Assembly (NCBI GenBank): GCA_045803545.1
Contig: JBJMOW010000005.1
Location: 1,280,001-1,344,000, forward strand
Source of the DNA: Gemmatimonadaceae bacterium
Lineage (GTDB): Bacteria; Gemmatimonadota; Gemmatimonadetes; Gemmatimonadales; Gemmatimonadaceae
Reading direction: 5' to 3'
DNA: 64,000 nucleotides
In this document: positions 37,704 to 48,529 of the stretch, one piece after another
Position numbering within the stretch: position 1 is the first letter of the stretch
How the letters are laid out: the number at the start of each line of letters is the position of its first letter
Program-made: the position numbers and the translations under genes
Notes under the pieces: model-generated
Databases searched by the model: none
Seen by the model: the letters and a program-made list of their open reading frames with translations, nothing else
What the model was told of the DNA's origin: nothing

Positions 37704-38639
37704 GTGACGAAACCAACCAAAGCGCAGGCGTTCGCCGCGCTCGCAGCTGCCGGCTCTCTCTGGGGAACCGGCTTTCTTTTTGGCAAGTGGGCGCTCGAAG
37801 AGCTGTCGGTCGGGGAGATGGTTTTCTACCGATTTGTGTTCGCCTCCCTTGGCTTCGCCCCCGCAGTGATCCGTGGGTTTGCGCATCCCTCATCCCGCAT
37901 CCCTCGCAACGACTTCTGGCTGATCTTCATCTGCGCGCTCGTCGGCGTTCCGATTCAGTTCATCATTCAGTTCGAGGGACTCGCCCACACCACCGTTTCC
38001 CACGCATCGCTGATGGTCGGTGGACTGCCGGTGCTGCTAGCCGCTGGATCCGCGTTGTTCGCTCACGAACGTGTGACGCTTAGTCGCTGGATCGCGCTCA
38101 TCGCATCCACCGTCGGCGCAGCACTCATCGCACTCGGCGCCTCCACCGGTGAAGGCGGGTCGCACGCAACGGTACTCGGCGATCTACTCGTCGCCACATC
38201 GTTGCTGGCAGCCGTAGTCTGGATCCTGATCACACAACGCTTGATGCGAAGCGGTCGCTATACGCCCGTCACCGCCAGTGCATACGTCATGACACTCGGC
38301 GCGGTGCTACTCGCGATCTGGGTTGTCGCGACCGAAGGACCGCCGCCCATCCATCTAACTCTCAAGACCTGGGCGTCGGTCGCCGCGATGGGACTTTGCG
38401 CGACGACGGTGACAACCTATCTGTGGAACTGGGGACTTTCGCATGTGCCGGCGTCACAAGCGGGCGTCTTCATCAATCTCGAGCCGGTGATCGGCGCCAT
38501 CCTGGGCGTGATGATCTTCAGCGACATACTCGGCCCGTACGCGCTGGTTGGCGGGGTGCTGGTCGTCGGAGCCGCGATCTACGTCGCATCGAGCGAGAAC
38601 CATCCGGAAGACCGCTCCCGCGAAAGGGCTATCGCTTAG
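37704..38639 (+). CDS. DMT/EamA-family transporter
   Basis: About 10 TM segments, LWGTGF, YRF, NLEPV. Confidence 0.9.
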   Translation: MTKPTKAQAFAALAAAGSLWGTGFLFGKWALEELSVGEMVFYRFVFASLGFAPAVIRGFAHPSSRIPRNDFWLIFICALVGVPIQFIIQFEGLAHTTVSHASLMVGGLPVLLAAGSALFAHERVTLSRWIALIASTVGAALIALGASTGEGGSHATVLGDLLVATSLLAAVVWILITQRLMRSGRYTPVTASAYVMTLGAVLLAIWVVATEGPPPIHLTLKTWASVAAMGLCATTVTTYLWNWGLSHVPASQAGVFINLEPVIGAILGVMIFSDILGPYALVGGVLVVGAAIYVASSENHPEDRSRERAIA

Positions 38640-40410
38640 GCTGATTTCTCCGCGACGGAATCACTTGCGGCGCCGTTGGTAAGCTTCGCTCCCATGCGCC
38701 GGATGTCACGACACGATTGCCACCCGCCTGCAGACTCCCGGCAAAGATCGCATACAGGTCCGAAGCCGCAGTGTTCACTCCATAACCAAGGTCTGCCATC
38801 GACCGCACGGTCATCACGCTGATCGGCATCGGCGATGCGTTCGCGAATCCCGTCATCAGCTCGGTGCCGAACGTCGTCTCGCGCCAGTGTGAGTTGGCAG
38901 TTCCAGCGCCGCCGGTGTTCTCCACCGGTACTGAGTTCAGACAACTGTTGGTGCCGCCCGTCAAAATGCAGCCGGCGATTCCACCGGATCCGAGATACCC
39001 AACGGTTGGCGTATCGAATCCTGTCAGCAAATTGAGATTGTTCCAGAAAACTCCAAATCCGAGCACGTGGAGCATCTCGTGAGTGATGACATCCTGCAGG
39101 CTGCCGGTGTTCGACAAGGTGTTGAGATCGTCGAGATCGAATTCCATCACACCAACGACCGTGCGCAGATCATTGGCGTCGCGCAGGTAGCAAGGCCCCG
39201 CTTGCGCGAGAACCTTTCCTGGTCCGTCGATTGGCTGAACCGACGCGTAGATGATCACGCCAGGTACCTGCTCGGCGAGAACCGGGATGCCGGTGACGCC
39301 GCACGTCGTTGGATCAGCGCCAGTTGCATCGACGGTTGGCACGCTTCCGACTATGAATCCTCGGATTCTTGCTGCAGCAGTGGTGAAAAACGCCTGCTGG
39401 GCGGGTGTCATTGGCGGCCCCCACAGTCGCACGTCGATCACATAGTCGGACGTTGCCGACGCGGAGACGATTGCTGATTTGCCGCTGATGCTGGCGATGA
39501 CTTGTTGTGACAATGCCGATTTGCCGAGCGTGAATCGCGGCATGGTGATACTGCCGTCCGCCGCTGCGGGTGCTGTAAAGCCGGCGAGCGCTCCCCCGCC
39601 GGTAGTCACCGAGAAATTGGCGACGACTCCATCTGCTTTGTTGCCGTACTGGTCAGCGGCGGCGAGGACGACCGGCAGCGTTAGCGTCGTGCCCGCGAGC
39701 CCGCTCTGATTGTTTCCATTTATGACATCGAACGAAACTACCGGACCGGCAGCGGCTGCAACTGTGTACGCTACTGTTGCAGCTGACGATGAAAGCGTGA
39801 GAGTCTGATTTCCTTTTACCGTCCCGAGGGTCCACGACGGCACGGTGACGACCCCGGCATTGTCGCTGGTGAGTTTGTCGATAGCTGCGCCACCACCGAC
39901 GACAGTCACGTTGACGTCGGTGTTAGCAATCGGATTGTCGAACGCATCCTTTAGAATTGCCGATATCGCTGAAGCGACCGGTTGGCCGACGGTGCCGGTC
40001 AGGCTTGTCGCTCCGGTGGCGACGAGCTTGGCCGCCACGCCCGGATTGGAGGGGACGTCGACGGCGGCGGGAGCAAGCCCACTGACGGAGATCTTGAGTG
40101 AATTGACGCCTGGTGACTTGCCGAGGGTCCAGATGCCGACAGGTGTCGTTGGAGTGGCGCTCTTGGCGGGCGCGTTGGTTACGGTCCCGCCACCGGCACT
40201 GACACTGATCGAAAGCGCGACTCCCGCAATCGGGTTTCCATTCTGGTCCTTCACGACAAAGGCCGGCTCGACCGGCAGCGGCAGTCCAGCGTAGAACGGT
40301 CCGCCCGGAGCCTGCACGATCTCAATCGAGGCCGGCTTGACGCGCGGACCGGACGAGTCACCGCAGCCAAGCGTTATGACGATGACCAGCGGTGGGAAAA
40401 GGCGTCGCAT
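38629..40410 (-). CDS. Lipoprotein with Ig-like repeats and a leishmanolysin (M8)-like zinc metalloprotease domain
   Basis: Lipobox LGC; three D..GN...WTLG Ig-like repeats; HEMLHVLGFG, GTANSHW, ELMTG. Confidence 0.88.
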   Translation of the reverse strand: MRRLFPPLVIVITLGCGDSSGPRVKPASIEIVQAPGGPFYAGLPLPVEPAFVVKDQNGNPIAGVALSISVSAGGGTVTNAPAKSATPTTPVGIWTLGKSPGVNSLKISVSGLAPAAVDVPSNPGVAAKLVATGATSLTGTVGQPVASAISAILKDAFDNPIANTDVNVTVVGGGAAIDKLTSDNAGVVTVPSWTLGTVKGNQTLTLSSSAATVAYTVAAAAGPVVSFDVINGNNQSGLAGTTLTLPVVLAAADQYGNKADGVVANFSVTTGGGALAGFTAPAAADGSITMPRFTLGKSALSQQVIASISGKSAIVSASATSDYVIDVRLWGPPMTPAQQAFFTTAAARIRGFIVGSVPTVDATGADPTTCGVTGIPVLAEQVPGVIIYASVQPIDGPGKVLAQAGPCYLRDANDLRTVVGVMEFDLDDLNTLSNTGSLQDVITHEMLHVLGFGVFWNNLNLLTGFDTPTVGYLGSGGIAGCILTGGTNSCLNSVPVENTGGAGTANSHWRETTFGTELMTGFANASPMPISVMTVRSMADLGYGVNTAASDLYAIFAGSLQAGGNRVVTSGAWERSLPTAPQVIPSRRNQPKR

Positions 40411-40593
40411 GCGAGTTTTAAACTAGGTGTGGCGGGATCGCCAATACTCTGTGCTGACGCCCACCTGTCAAGCCTTGGGGGGTGAACAACCGATTAGAAG
40501 CGGCCGGTGCTGCTGAAACTTCCAACCCTTTTCGGGCATAAGGTATCAAAGGGGTATTCCCGGAATCCGCTAACCCTTACGGACTGCAACCGT

Positions 40594-43191
40594 ATGCTCA
40601 TTACCACTCCCGCGTTCGCAATCATCGGCCTCGCCCTGAATCTTCAGACGGCAGTTGCCCAAAACAGTCAGGCTTCCCGCAATGACAGCGGTCAACCGAG
40701 ACCGTCGGTGGTAGCGGCGCCGACAGATACGAGCGCGACCGCGGTGCGTGCGGACGGCTCGATCAACATCGACGGCAAGGACGATGATGCGGCGTGGCGT
40801 AGTGCGCCGCCGATCACGCAGTTTCAGGAATGGCGTCCGAACGAAGGCAAGGCGGCGCGATTCAAGACCGAAGCGAAGATCGTTTACGACGCGGCGAACC
40901 TCTACGTTTTCGTGCGGGCATTCGACCCCCACCCAGATAGTATCAAGAAGATCCTCGAGCGTCGTGACACTTTCACCTCGTCCGACATGATTTGGATCTT
41001 CGTTGATTCCTATCATGACAAGCGCACGGGATACGAGTTCGGCGTCAACGCCGCCGGCGTGAAGATGGATCAGGCCGTCTACGACGACGGCAACGAGGAC
41101 GGAGCATGGGACGCGGTGTGGGACGTCGCCACCCGCATCGACTCACTGGGGTGGACGGCAGAGTTCAAGATCCCCTTATCACAGATGCGCTACAGTCGCG
41201 ACCGCGAGCACACCTTCGGCATCATGGTCGACCGCGATGTCTATCGATACAACGAGCGTTATATCTGGCCGCTACTGCGCCAGTCGAAGCCGGGCTTCGT
41301 ATCGCAGTTCGGCTCCCTGCATGGAATGGACGATCTGGAGAATCCGCGCCGGCTGGAAGCGATGCCGTACGTCGTGACCAAGAACGCGTCCACGATCAGG
41401 AATAACGCGTTCACACAAAAGTCGAATCTGGATGTTGGTGGAGACTTCAAATACCGCATCGCACCCAATGTCACACTCGACGCGACCATCAATCCTGATT
41501 TCGGTCAGGTCGAATCGGATCCGTCGGTGCTTAATCTTTCAGCGTACGAGAGCTTCTTCGACGAGCGGCGTCCGTTCTTCGTCGCCGGTCGCGGACTGTT
41601 CCGCGCCGACGTCAACTGCAGCGCCGTCAACTGCTGGGGGGAGTCTCTATACTATAGTAGACGCATCGGTCGCACCCCCGAGCTCGCCGGCACTTACGGT
41701 GACACCGTTCCGCAGCAGCCGGTAACCATCCTCGGCGCCGGCAAGCTGCTGGCGAGATTCCCCAAGGGAACGACGGTCGGATTGCTGGAGGCTGCAACGC
41801 AGCGCGAGACCAATCCGGGCGACACCACTTACTCGCCTTCGACCAACTACGCGGTGCTACGCGCAACGCAGGACTTCCGCGGCGGTAGCAGCGGAATCGG
41901 TACGATGATCACCGCAGTGAATCGTCGGATGGATGAGTGGTCTTCGCCATATCTCGCAACGAGCGCCTATGTCGGCTCGCTCGATTTCCGTCACCGCTTC
42001 TTCAAGAACACGTACGAGATCACCGGCAACCTCGACAGGAGCGTGGTGCGGGGCTCGACTGGCGTTATCGCGTCGTTGCAGAACAATGGGGTGCACCAGT
42101 ATCAGCGGCCCGATGCAAATCTTCCGCTCGACAGCACGCGCAACTCGCTCGGCGGAGACGCCGAAGAATTCGCGGTCGGCAAGATTGGTGGGCAGCACAT
42201 GATGTTCAATTCGGCTTACTCGCGCCGCTCGCCCGGCTTCGACGTCAACGACCTCGGCTACCTGCGTCGCGCGGACCAGGTGTCATGGAGTACCTGGGCC
42301 GGCTTCTTCGATCGTCGGGATCGCTTGTTCTATCACCGCTTCCAGTTGAACAACAACTGGTGGCAGTGGTGGACCGCTGAAGGCCTGCCGCTCGAGCGTG
42401 CTTACAACTACAACACCCACATTACGCTCAAGAACTATTGGGGCCTCCACCAGGGTGGAACGATCGGTCAGCTCGGTAAGACCTACGATGATCGTCAGCT
42501 ACGTGGTGGTCCGGCGGTGCGCCAGGACAGGTACATCGCGCCGTGGCTTTCGATCAACGGCGACGATCGCAAAGCAATCGTGCCGTACTTCAACGGCAGC
42601 TACTTCGAGAGCTCGAACAGGAGAAACTGGTCGGTGAACGCTGGCCCCGAAGTCGATTTCAAGGTGCTGGGCCGGTTTAGCTCAGCGATCTCGGCGAACT
42701 GGAGCCACAACGTCCAGGACAACCAGTTTTACGGGAATTTCACCGACGCTGCCAATTCTCCTCACTACACTATCGCGCACCTCGATCAGACCACGACGTC
42801 GGTGACGGCGAGGCTTAACTACACGTTCACGCCGAACCTGTCGCTGCAAACCTACGCATCGCCGTTCGTGTCGAAGGGAACGTACAGCAACGTCCGCCAG
42901 GTCTCGGCGACGCCGCGCGCTGACAACTACGACGATCGCTACACCGCCTACAATGATCCCTCGGTCACGAGCGATCCGGGCGGCTTCAACTTCAAGGCGC
43001 TGCAGTCGAATGTCGTTCTGCGCTGGGAATACAATCCAGGCTCAACACTGTTCGTGGTCTGGAACCAGGGTCGCCAGGGATTCAACGGCATTGAGGGCGA
43101 CCGAGCGTTCAGCGGCGACATGCGCGACCTCTTCAAGCTGCATCCGGCAAACACGTTCCTGATCAAGGCGAGCTATTGGCTCAATAGATAA
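40594..43191 (+). CDS. CBM9-like plus DUF5916 outer-membrane protein
   Basis: IDGK.DD.AW, WTAEFKIP, NPDFGQVE.D, E.RPFF, YYSRRIG; C-terminal KASYW. Confidence 0.85.
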   Translation: MLITTPAFAIIGLALNLQTAVAQNSQASRNDSGQPRPSVVAAPTDTSATAVRADGSINIDGKDDDAAWRSAPPITQFQEWRPNEGKAARFKTEAKIVYDAANLYVFVRAFDPHPDSIKKILERRDTFTSSDMIWIFVDSYHDKRTGYEFGVNAAGVKMDQAVYDDGNEDGAWDAVWDVATRIDSLGWTAEFKIPLSQMRYSRDREHTFGIMVDRDVYRYNERYIWPLLRQSKPGFVSQFGSLHGMDDLENPRRLEAMPYVVTKNASTIRNNAFTQKSNLDVGGDFKYRIAPNVTLDATINPDFGQVESDPSVLNLSAYESFFDERRPFFVAGRGLFRADVNCSAVNCWGESLYYSRRIGRTPELAGTYGDTVPQQPVTILGAGKLLARFPKGTTVGLLEAATQRETNPGDTTYSPSTNYAVLRATQDFRGGSSGIGTMITAVNRRMDEWSSPYLATSAYVGSLDFRHRFFKNTYEITGNLDRSVVRGSTGVIASLQNNGVHQYQRPDANLPLDSTRNSLGGDAEEFAVGKIGGQHMMFNSAYSRRSPGFDVNDLGYLRRADQVSWSTWAGFFDRRDRLFYHRFQLNNNWWQWWTAEGLPLERAYNYNTHITLKNYWGLHQGGTIGQLGKTYDDRQLRGGPAVRQDRYIAPWLSINGDDRKAIVPYFNGSYFESSNRRNWSVNAGPEVDFKVLGRFSSAISANWSHNVQDNQFYGNFTDAANSPHYTIAHLDQTTTSVTARLNYTFTPNLSLQTYASPFVSKGTYSNVRQVSATPRADNYDDRYTAYNDPSVTSDPGGFNFKALQSNVVLRWEYNPGSTLFVVWNQGRQGFNGIEGDRAFSGDMRDLFKLHPANTFLIKASYWLNR

Positions 43192-43206
43192 CGGACGTGT
43201 AGCCAC

Positions 43207-43247
43207 CAATCGCGGCGATGGAGATCCCATCGCCGCGATTGTGTTTT
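43207..43247 (+). terminator. Intrinsic terminator
   Basis: 15-bp stem CAATCGCGGCGATGG/CCATCGCCGCGATTG followed by TGTTTT. Confidence 0.75.
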
Positions 43248-43318
43248 CATGGACTCGGCGCGCCAAAATGCCACCCGGCGGACTGTGAAAGGGCCGCGCC
43301 GAGAATCGTCTTATAGAT

Positions 43319-46108
43319 GTGCCTGCATTCAGTTTGAATCCGTCGCGTCAGGGTATAACCTCAGCGACCCTGCGCCGCATCCTTTTAGTCGTTGCGCTCT
43401 TCGCGTCGAGTGTGGCGACCGCGCAGGTGCAAAGGCCGCGCGGCTATCCCGGCAAACCGCCGTGGGCTGATACGGCGAGCGAGTCGAACATCTATCCGGT
43501 CGGCGACGCGATCGGAGTGTACACGGCGGTACTCGATCTCTACTTCAGCGAAGGCTCTGATCGTCCGAGCGTCATCGTGATGCACGACACCGCCGAAGGT
43601 CGGAGCGGCGGGCCATGCCCAATGCAGTGCCCGGAAGCCTGGCTGCACAAATCGAGAATCAAGGAGAGCACGATGCTTTCCTTCGCGAAGCTCAGTCCGA
43701 AGCGACCAAGGATCGTTCCGTTCGGATATCGCATCCCGATCACGTTCATCTCCTACGAGCAATACAATCAGCTGAGAGAGGCAGGGCGAGCACGCCCGCA
43801 AATCCATCAGGGCGGCAACGTCGAAGGTCAGGAGTGGGAGGTCGAATTCGCGAACAGATACCCGGGCGCATGGGGCTTCATCTACTTGTCGAAAGTTGGA
43901 TTCGACGATGCGCACACCGAGGCGCTCATTTCGGTCCACTTCTATTGCGGCCTCGCCTGCGATGCTGACGAAAACATTTTCCTGAAAAAGGTCGAGCAAC
44001 GATGGGTGGTGGTGGAACGCATCCCGAATTCGAGCCAGGGGCTCCAACCGTTCTCCAGTATGCGATATCGCGGGCCCTCGGGCAGCAGCCCGAGTGAATC
44101 GGAAGTTTTGTATCCGCCCGCGTCTGAGCGGCCCGAGGGAGAAGACGTCGCGGAAGTTTATAACACGGTGCTCGACAGCCTTTACAGCTTTCACGGCGAA
44201 TTTCCGCGCCGGATCGTAATCACTGATTGGTTTGCAGTGGACGGCGGGACCTATGACTCGGTTCCTCACAAGCGTCCGATTCAGGTTTCGACACTGGCGC
44301 GGTACAAATTCTTCCGAGGCGTGCGCGCGCCGCTCTACACAAGTCTCAAACTGCGCGCGCCGGTATCGGTGCTGCCCCGGGACTCGATGCCGGGAATAGA
44401 ACTTCGTGGCAAACCACTGGAGAAAATCGCGCTCGACAATATGGTGATGACCGAGAATTCACCTTTCTGGCTCGGGTTTCGAATGCAGTACCCCGGCGCG
44501 TGGGGCACTGTTGGATTCACGCGTGCTGCCTTCAACGACAGTCGAACCGAGGCGCTTGTCTTCACCAGCCACGCGTGCGGCCAGAGTTGCCGCAACGACG
44601 ACAACTGGCTCCTCGAGCGCGACGGTACGAAATGGCGGATCGCCGAGCGCATTCCGCGGCTGGCGGACAAGGATTGGGAGCTTGACTCGTTGCGCTATCT
44701 GGGCGCCGATGCTGATCCGCGAGCATACAGGAACCGGCGCGTTCGTGGAATATTTGTCAACCAGTCGACCGGAGCTCCACTTCCCGGACTCCGTTTCACC
44801 ACGAGCATCGATCGCGACTCGTCACTGAGGAAAGCGGACAACGAGGGTGGTTTCGAGCTTAGGAGTTTACCCCTGATGGGCGGCATCTGGCTCGGCGTTC
44901 CGTGTCAGCGGCAGCCGATGCTACCTGATGCTCCACGGAAATACAGTTCGCGACCGCTGCGTGTTGCCGAATTCACCACCCACCCCGGGCTCGATTCGAG
45001 TGTGAGGGTGCCGGTCGATTTCAGGCGGTGTCTGCTCGGTCGTCGCGCTAAGGCGCTGGCGGGCGGTAAACCGGGACCACAGGCGCTTGCCTCGGGTTAT
45101 CCGGACGCGACTGACGCCGCAGTTTATAGAGGAGTCTTCGAGGCGCTTTATCCAGCCTCTCGAGGCCCGGTGCTTCTTGTACCATATGTGCACCGAATTT
45201 GGCCGTACGTGTTTGAGTCCGAACTTGTTCGTCTGCAAAAACAGGGAATCGTCGATTCAACCGTAGCGAGTCGACTGGCCGCACTCCCCAAAGATTCAGT
45301 TTGGATACGGCCTGGCGTGTCGTTCGGACGGAAGGTTGTGATTCTCGGTTCCGCGGAGCGGGCCTTCCTCGAGGAGCAAGCCGCCGAAATAAGCTACGCA
45401 GGAGAACAGCGGGATTTTTCGTTGCTGGGAATGGCAAAAGAAGCATATCCGGGCGCAGACAAAATCCGCGCTCTAAGCCGAATTGTCTACAACCGGGCAA
45501 TGAACCAGGCATTGGTGCAAGTCACCGAGACCGATCAACCGTACGATTTCGGTGAGACCATGATTCTCCACAAGGAACGCGGTGCCTGGCGGGTCGTCCA
45601 GCGACACGTAGAAGACGAGGCAACGTCCGGCGAAATGATCGCTGGTCGTTGTGAGCCGGTTGATGCCGTTCCGACCACACTGCGTCTCGACCAGCTCGAG
45701 CGCTTTGTTGGTGATGCAGACATAACCGTGATTCCGACGTCATCGGGCCTGCGACAGTATGGCGGAACGACGCGCTATCGATTCACCCCGAACGACACGC
45801 TTCACCGATATTATTGGCTGCCCAGCTTCAAAGGCGACAAGAGGCCGGCAAAACGCCTTCAGGGAGAACAAAAGCTCGCGACGGTTCAGGAATTTGATAG
45901 CGTCGGCAATGCGTCGAAGTATCTCGGGGAGCTCACATTCAGGCCAGCTGGATCGACCATCGCGTTCTTCCAGCCGAACACCCTTGACGGTTGGTTCGAA
46001 CAATTAACCATCCTGCGCGTCAATGGTCGCCAGTTCTTCGGCAAGTGGGAGAGTGGAAGTGGCCCGACCTACCCCTTCAAGGGATATTTCTGTGGGCGGC
46101 TCCGGTAG
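43319..46108 (+). CDS. Large secreted hypothetical protein with three internal domain repeats
   Basis: 929-aa ORF with a signal-like segment; the unit VY..V...YPGA...ALI/V...W occurs three times. Start uncertain. Confidence 0.75.
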   Translation: MPAFSLNPSRQGITSATLRRILLVVALFASSVATAQVQRPRGYPGKPPWADTASESNIYPVGDAIGVYTAVLDLYFSEGSDRPSVIVMHDTAEGRSGGPCPMQCPEAWLHKSRIKESTMLSFAKLSPKRPRIVPFGYRIPITFISYEQYNQLREAGRARPQIHQGGNVEGQEWEVEFANRYPGAWGFIYLSKVGFDDAHTEALISVHFYCGLACDADENIFLKKVEQRWVVVERIPNSSQGLQPFSSMRYRGPSGSSPSESEVLYPPASERPEGEDVAEVYNTVLDSLYSFHGEFPRRIVITDWFAVDGGTYDSVPHKRPIQVSTLARYKFFRGVRAPLYTSLKLRAPVSVLPRDSMPGIELRGKPLEKIALDNMVMTENSPFWLGFRMQYPGAWGTVGFTRAAFNDSRTEALVFTSHACGQSCRNDDNWLLERDGTKWRIAERIPRLADKDWELDSLRYLGADADPRAYRNRRVRGIFVNQSTGAPLPGLRFTTSIDRDSSLRKADNEGGFELRSLPLMGGIWLGVPCQRQPMLPDAPRKYSSRPLRVAEFTTHPGLDSSVRVPVDFRRCLLGRRAKALAGGKPGPQALASGYPDATDAAVYRGVFEALYPASRGPVLLVPYVHRIWPYVFESELVRLQKQGIVDSTVASRLAALPKDSVWIRPGVSFGRKVVILGSAERAFLEEQAAEISYAGEQRDFSLLGMAKEAYPGADKIRALSRIVYNRAMNQALVQVTETDQPYDFGETMILHKERGAWRVVQRHVEDEATSGEMIAGRCEPVDAVPTTLRLDQLERFVGDADITVIPTSSGLRQYGGTTRYRFTPNDTLHRYYWLPSFKGDKRPAKRLQGEQKLATVQEFDSVGNASKYLGELTFRPAGSTIAFFQPNTLDGWFEQLTILRVNGRQFFGKWESGSGPTYPFKGYFCGRLR

Positions 46109-46246
46109 GGCACGACTCGCGAAACTCGGTTGGCACCTACATCGTTCGTATCGTGTAAAACAGTCTGCGGACTAGTGTAAACTGAGTCCGCGCGTAATGG
46201 TGATGCTCCCCGTCGCACACCGCTCCGTCCGCTCTCTCACCCACTA

Positions 46247-48307
46247 ATGCGAAACACCGTCAATCGAAGCGGCCTCCTCGCTGTCCTCGCCTTCGCTGCG
46301 GCGTGCAGCACTCCAGCCGTCACCAACAACAACGCGCCCGCCCCCGCGTCCGGCGACTTTCTCGCCGCTAACCTCGACACAACCGTTAGCCCTGCAGTCG
46401 ACTTCTTTCAATACGCGAACGGCGGCTGGCTGAAGCGGCATCCCATTCCGGCGTCCGAAGCGACGTGGGGAATTGGCAACGAAGTGCGCGAGCAGCTCTA
46501 CGTGAACCTGCGCAAGATCAACGAGGAGTCGGCCGCAGCCACGGCTGCCCCGGGAAGCGAAGCGCAGAAGATCGGTGATTTCTGGGCGACGGCGATGGAT
46601 ACCGCGAAGATCGAGCAGCAAGGCATTCACCCGCTTGACGCCGAGCTCGCGCGGATCGGTGCGATCAAAACGCCGAGCGACGTAATGGACGTCACCTTCG
46701 CGGAGGGTCCGCTGCAAGTCGGGCCGTTCTTCGGGTTCTACGTCTACCAGGATGAGCGGCGCAGCGACGTGCAGGCGGCGCATCTATCTCAGGGTGGCCT
46801 GGGAATGCCGGAGCGCGATTTCTATTTCAATCCGGATACCGGCGTCGCACGCATTCGCGGCGAGTACGTGAAGCACATCGCGCGCACGTTGCAGTTGTTG
46901 GGACGCGATCCGACGTCGGCGAGTAAATCGGCGCAGGACATCATGACCTTCGAGACTGCGCTCGCGAAGGCATCGCGAAAGCTCGAGGACCTGCGTGATC
47001 CGGTCGCGAACTACAACAAAATGACGCCGGCACAGCTGACGTCGAAGTACACCCCGAACATCGATTGGGCCACCAGACTCAGTTCGTGGGGCCTGCGTCC
47101 CGATTCAGTCATCGTAGGCCAGCCCGAGTTCTTCACCGCGCTTCAGGGGCTGGTCAACTCAACGCCGATTCCGGTGCTGCAGGATTATCTGCGTTATCAA
47201 CTGGTCACCACGTACTCGCCCTATCTGAGCAATCAGTTCTACAACGAGTACTTCGATTTCTACGGCCGGACGCTCAACGGTCAGCGTGAGCCACGCGCAC
47301 GCTGGAAGCGCGTGCTCGACATTCAGGGCAACGCCATGGGGATGGTGCTCGGCAAACTTTTCGTGAACGAGTATTTCTCGCCCAAAGCGAAGCAGCGCTA
47401 CACCGACATGGTGGAGGCGATTCGTACCGCGTATCGCGAGCGCATCAATCGTCTCACCTGGATGAGCGATTCGACCAAACAGCGGGCGCTGCAGAAACTG
47501 GCGACGGTGTATCCGAAGGTCGGATACCCGAACAAGTGGAAGGATTATTCGGCGCTGGTTGTCGGTCGCAGTTCGTACGCCGAGAACATGATGAACGCAA
47601 ATCGCTGGGCGTTCAACGATAATATCTCGAAGTTCGGCAAGCCGGTGGATCGTACCGAATGGGGCATGACGCCGCAGACGTACAACGCGTACTACAATCC
47701 ATCGAACAACGAAATCGTTTTGCCGGCGGCAATCTTCACCGTTCCCGGAGTTCCGGACTCGGCGGTCGATGATGCAGTGGCCTACGGTTACGTAGCCGCA
47801 GGTACAATCGGCCACGAGATCACCCACGGGTTCGACGACGAAGGCCGCCAGTTCGACGCCAAGGGTAATCTCACCGACTGGTGGACTGCTACCGACGCCG
47901 CAAACTTCCAAAAACGCGCGGACGTGATGGCGAAGCAGTTCGACGCTTATGAGCCGCTACCGGGCCTCCATATCAACGGCAAGGCTGGACTAGGCGAGAA
48001 CATCGCCGACTACGGCGGAATGCTGTTGGGCCTCGATGCATTCCGTAAGACGAAACAGTACCAGGAAGGGAAGAAAATCGGCGGACTCACTCCGCTGCAA
48101 CGCTACTTCCTCGGCTACGCCATCGGCTGGATGTCACAGCAGCGCGACGAATCGCTGCGAAGTCAGCTGCTGAGTGATGTGCACTCGCCCGCGAAGTGGC
48201 GCGTGCTCGGCCCGGTTTCGAACGTGCCCGAGTTTTATCAGGCGTTTGGGGTGAAGCCAGGACAGCCGATGTACCGGCCGGATTCCGTGCGGGTGCAGAT
48301 CTGGTAA
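46247..48307 (+). CDS. M13 family metallopeptidase (PepO/neprilysin-like), lipoprotein
   Basis: DFFQYANG.W, NAYYNP, GHEITHGFDD, GENIAD, HSP..WR; lipobox AAAC. Confidence 0.95.
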   Translation: MRNTVNRSGLLAVLAFAAACSTPAVTNNNAPAPASGDFLAANLDTTVSPAVDFFQYANGGWLKRHPIPASEATWGIGNEVREQLYVNLRKINEESAAATAAPGSEAQKIGDFWATAMDTAKIEQQGIHPLDAELARIGAIKTPSDVMDVTFAEGPLQVGPFFGFYVYQDERRSDVQAAHLSQGGLGMPERDFYFNPDTGVARIRGEYVKHIARTLQLLGRDPTSASKSAQDIMTFETALAKASRKLEDLRDPVANYNKMTPAQLTSKYTPNIDWATRLSSWGLRPDSVIVGQPEFFTALQGLVNSTPIPVLQDYLRYQLVTTYSPYLSNQFYNEYFDFYGRTLNGQREPRARWKRVLDIQGNAMGMVLGKLFVNEYFSPKAKQRYTDMVEAIRTAYRERINRLTWMSDSTKQRALQKLATVYPKVGYPNKWKDYSALVVGRSSYAENMMNANRWAFNDNISKFGKPVDRTEWGMTPQTYNAYYNPSNNEIVLPAAIFTVPGVPDSAVDDAVAYGYVAAGTIGHEITHGFDDEGRQFDAKGNLTDWWTATDAANFQKRADVMAKQFDAYEPLPGLHINGKAGLGENIADYGGMLLGLDAFRKTKQYQEGKKIGGLTPLQRYFLGYAIGWMSQQRDESLRSQLLSDVHSPAKWRVLGPVSNVPEFYQAFGVKPGQPMYRPDSVRVQIW

Positions 48308-48331
48308 GACTCCGGACCGAGGACTTTAGAA

Positions 48332-48514
48332 GCGAACTACCTCGCTGAGCGCTGACCGCTACACGCTGTTAGCTGGCCGCGGCCTGCAACGGGACAGGTC
48401 CCATTGCATAGAGCCAAAGAGAACGCGCTTCCCAGACTTCAACGCAATTTGTCCCGTCGCCTGCAGCGAACAGCGGTCAGCGTGTAGCGGTCAGCGCTCA
48501 GCGAGGTAGTTCGC
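48332..48514. repeat. Long inverted-repeat intergenic element, family C copy 2
   Basis: Perfect 37-bp arms 48332-48368 and 48478-48514; same inner stem as the 1189 copy. Confidence 0.88.
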
Positions 48515-48529
48515 GGTTAAGGTCCGCGG

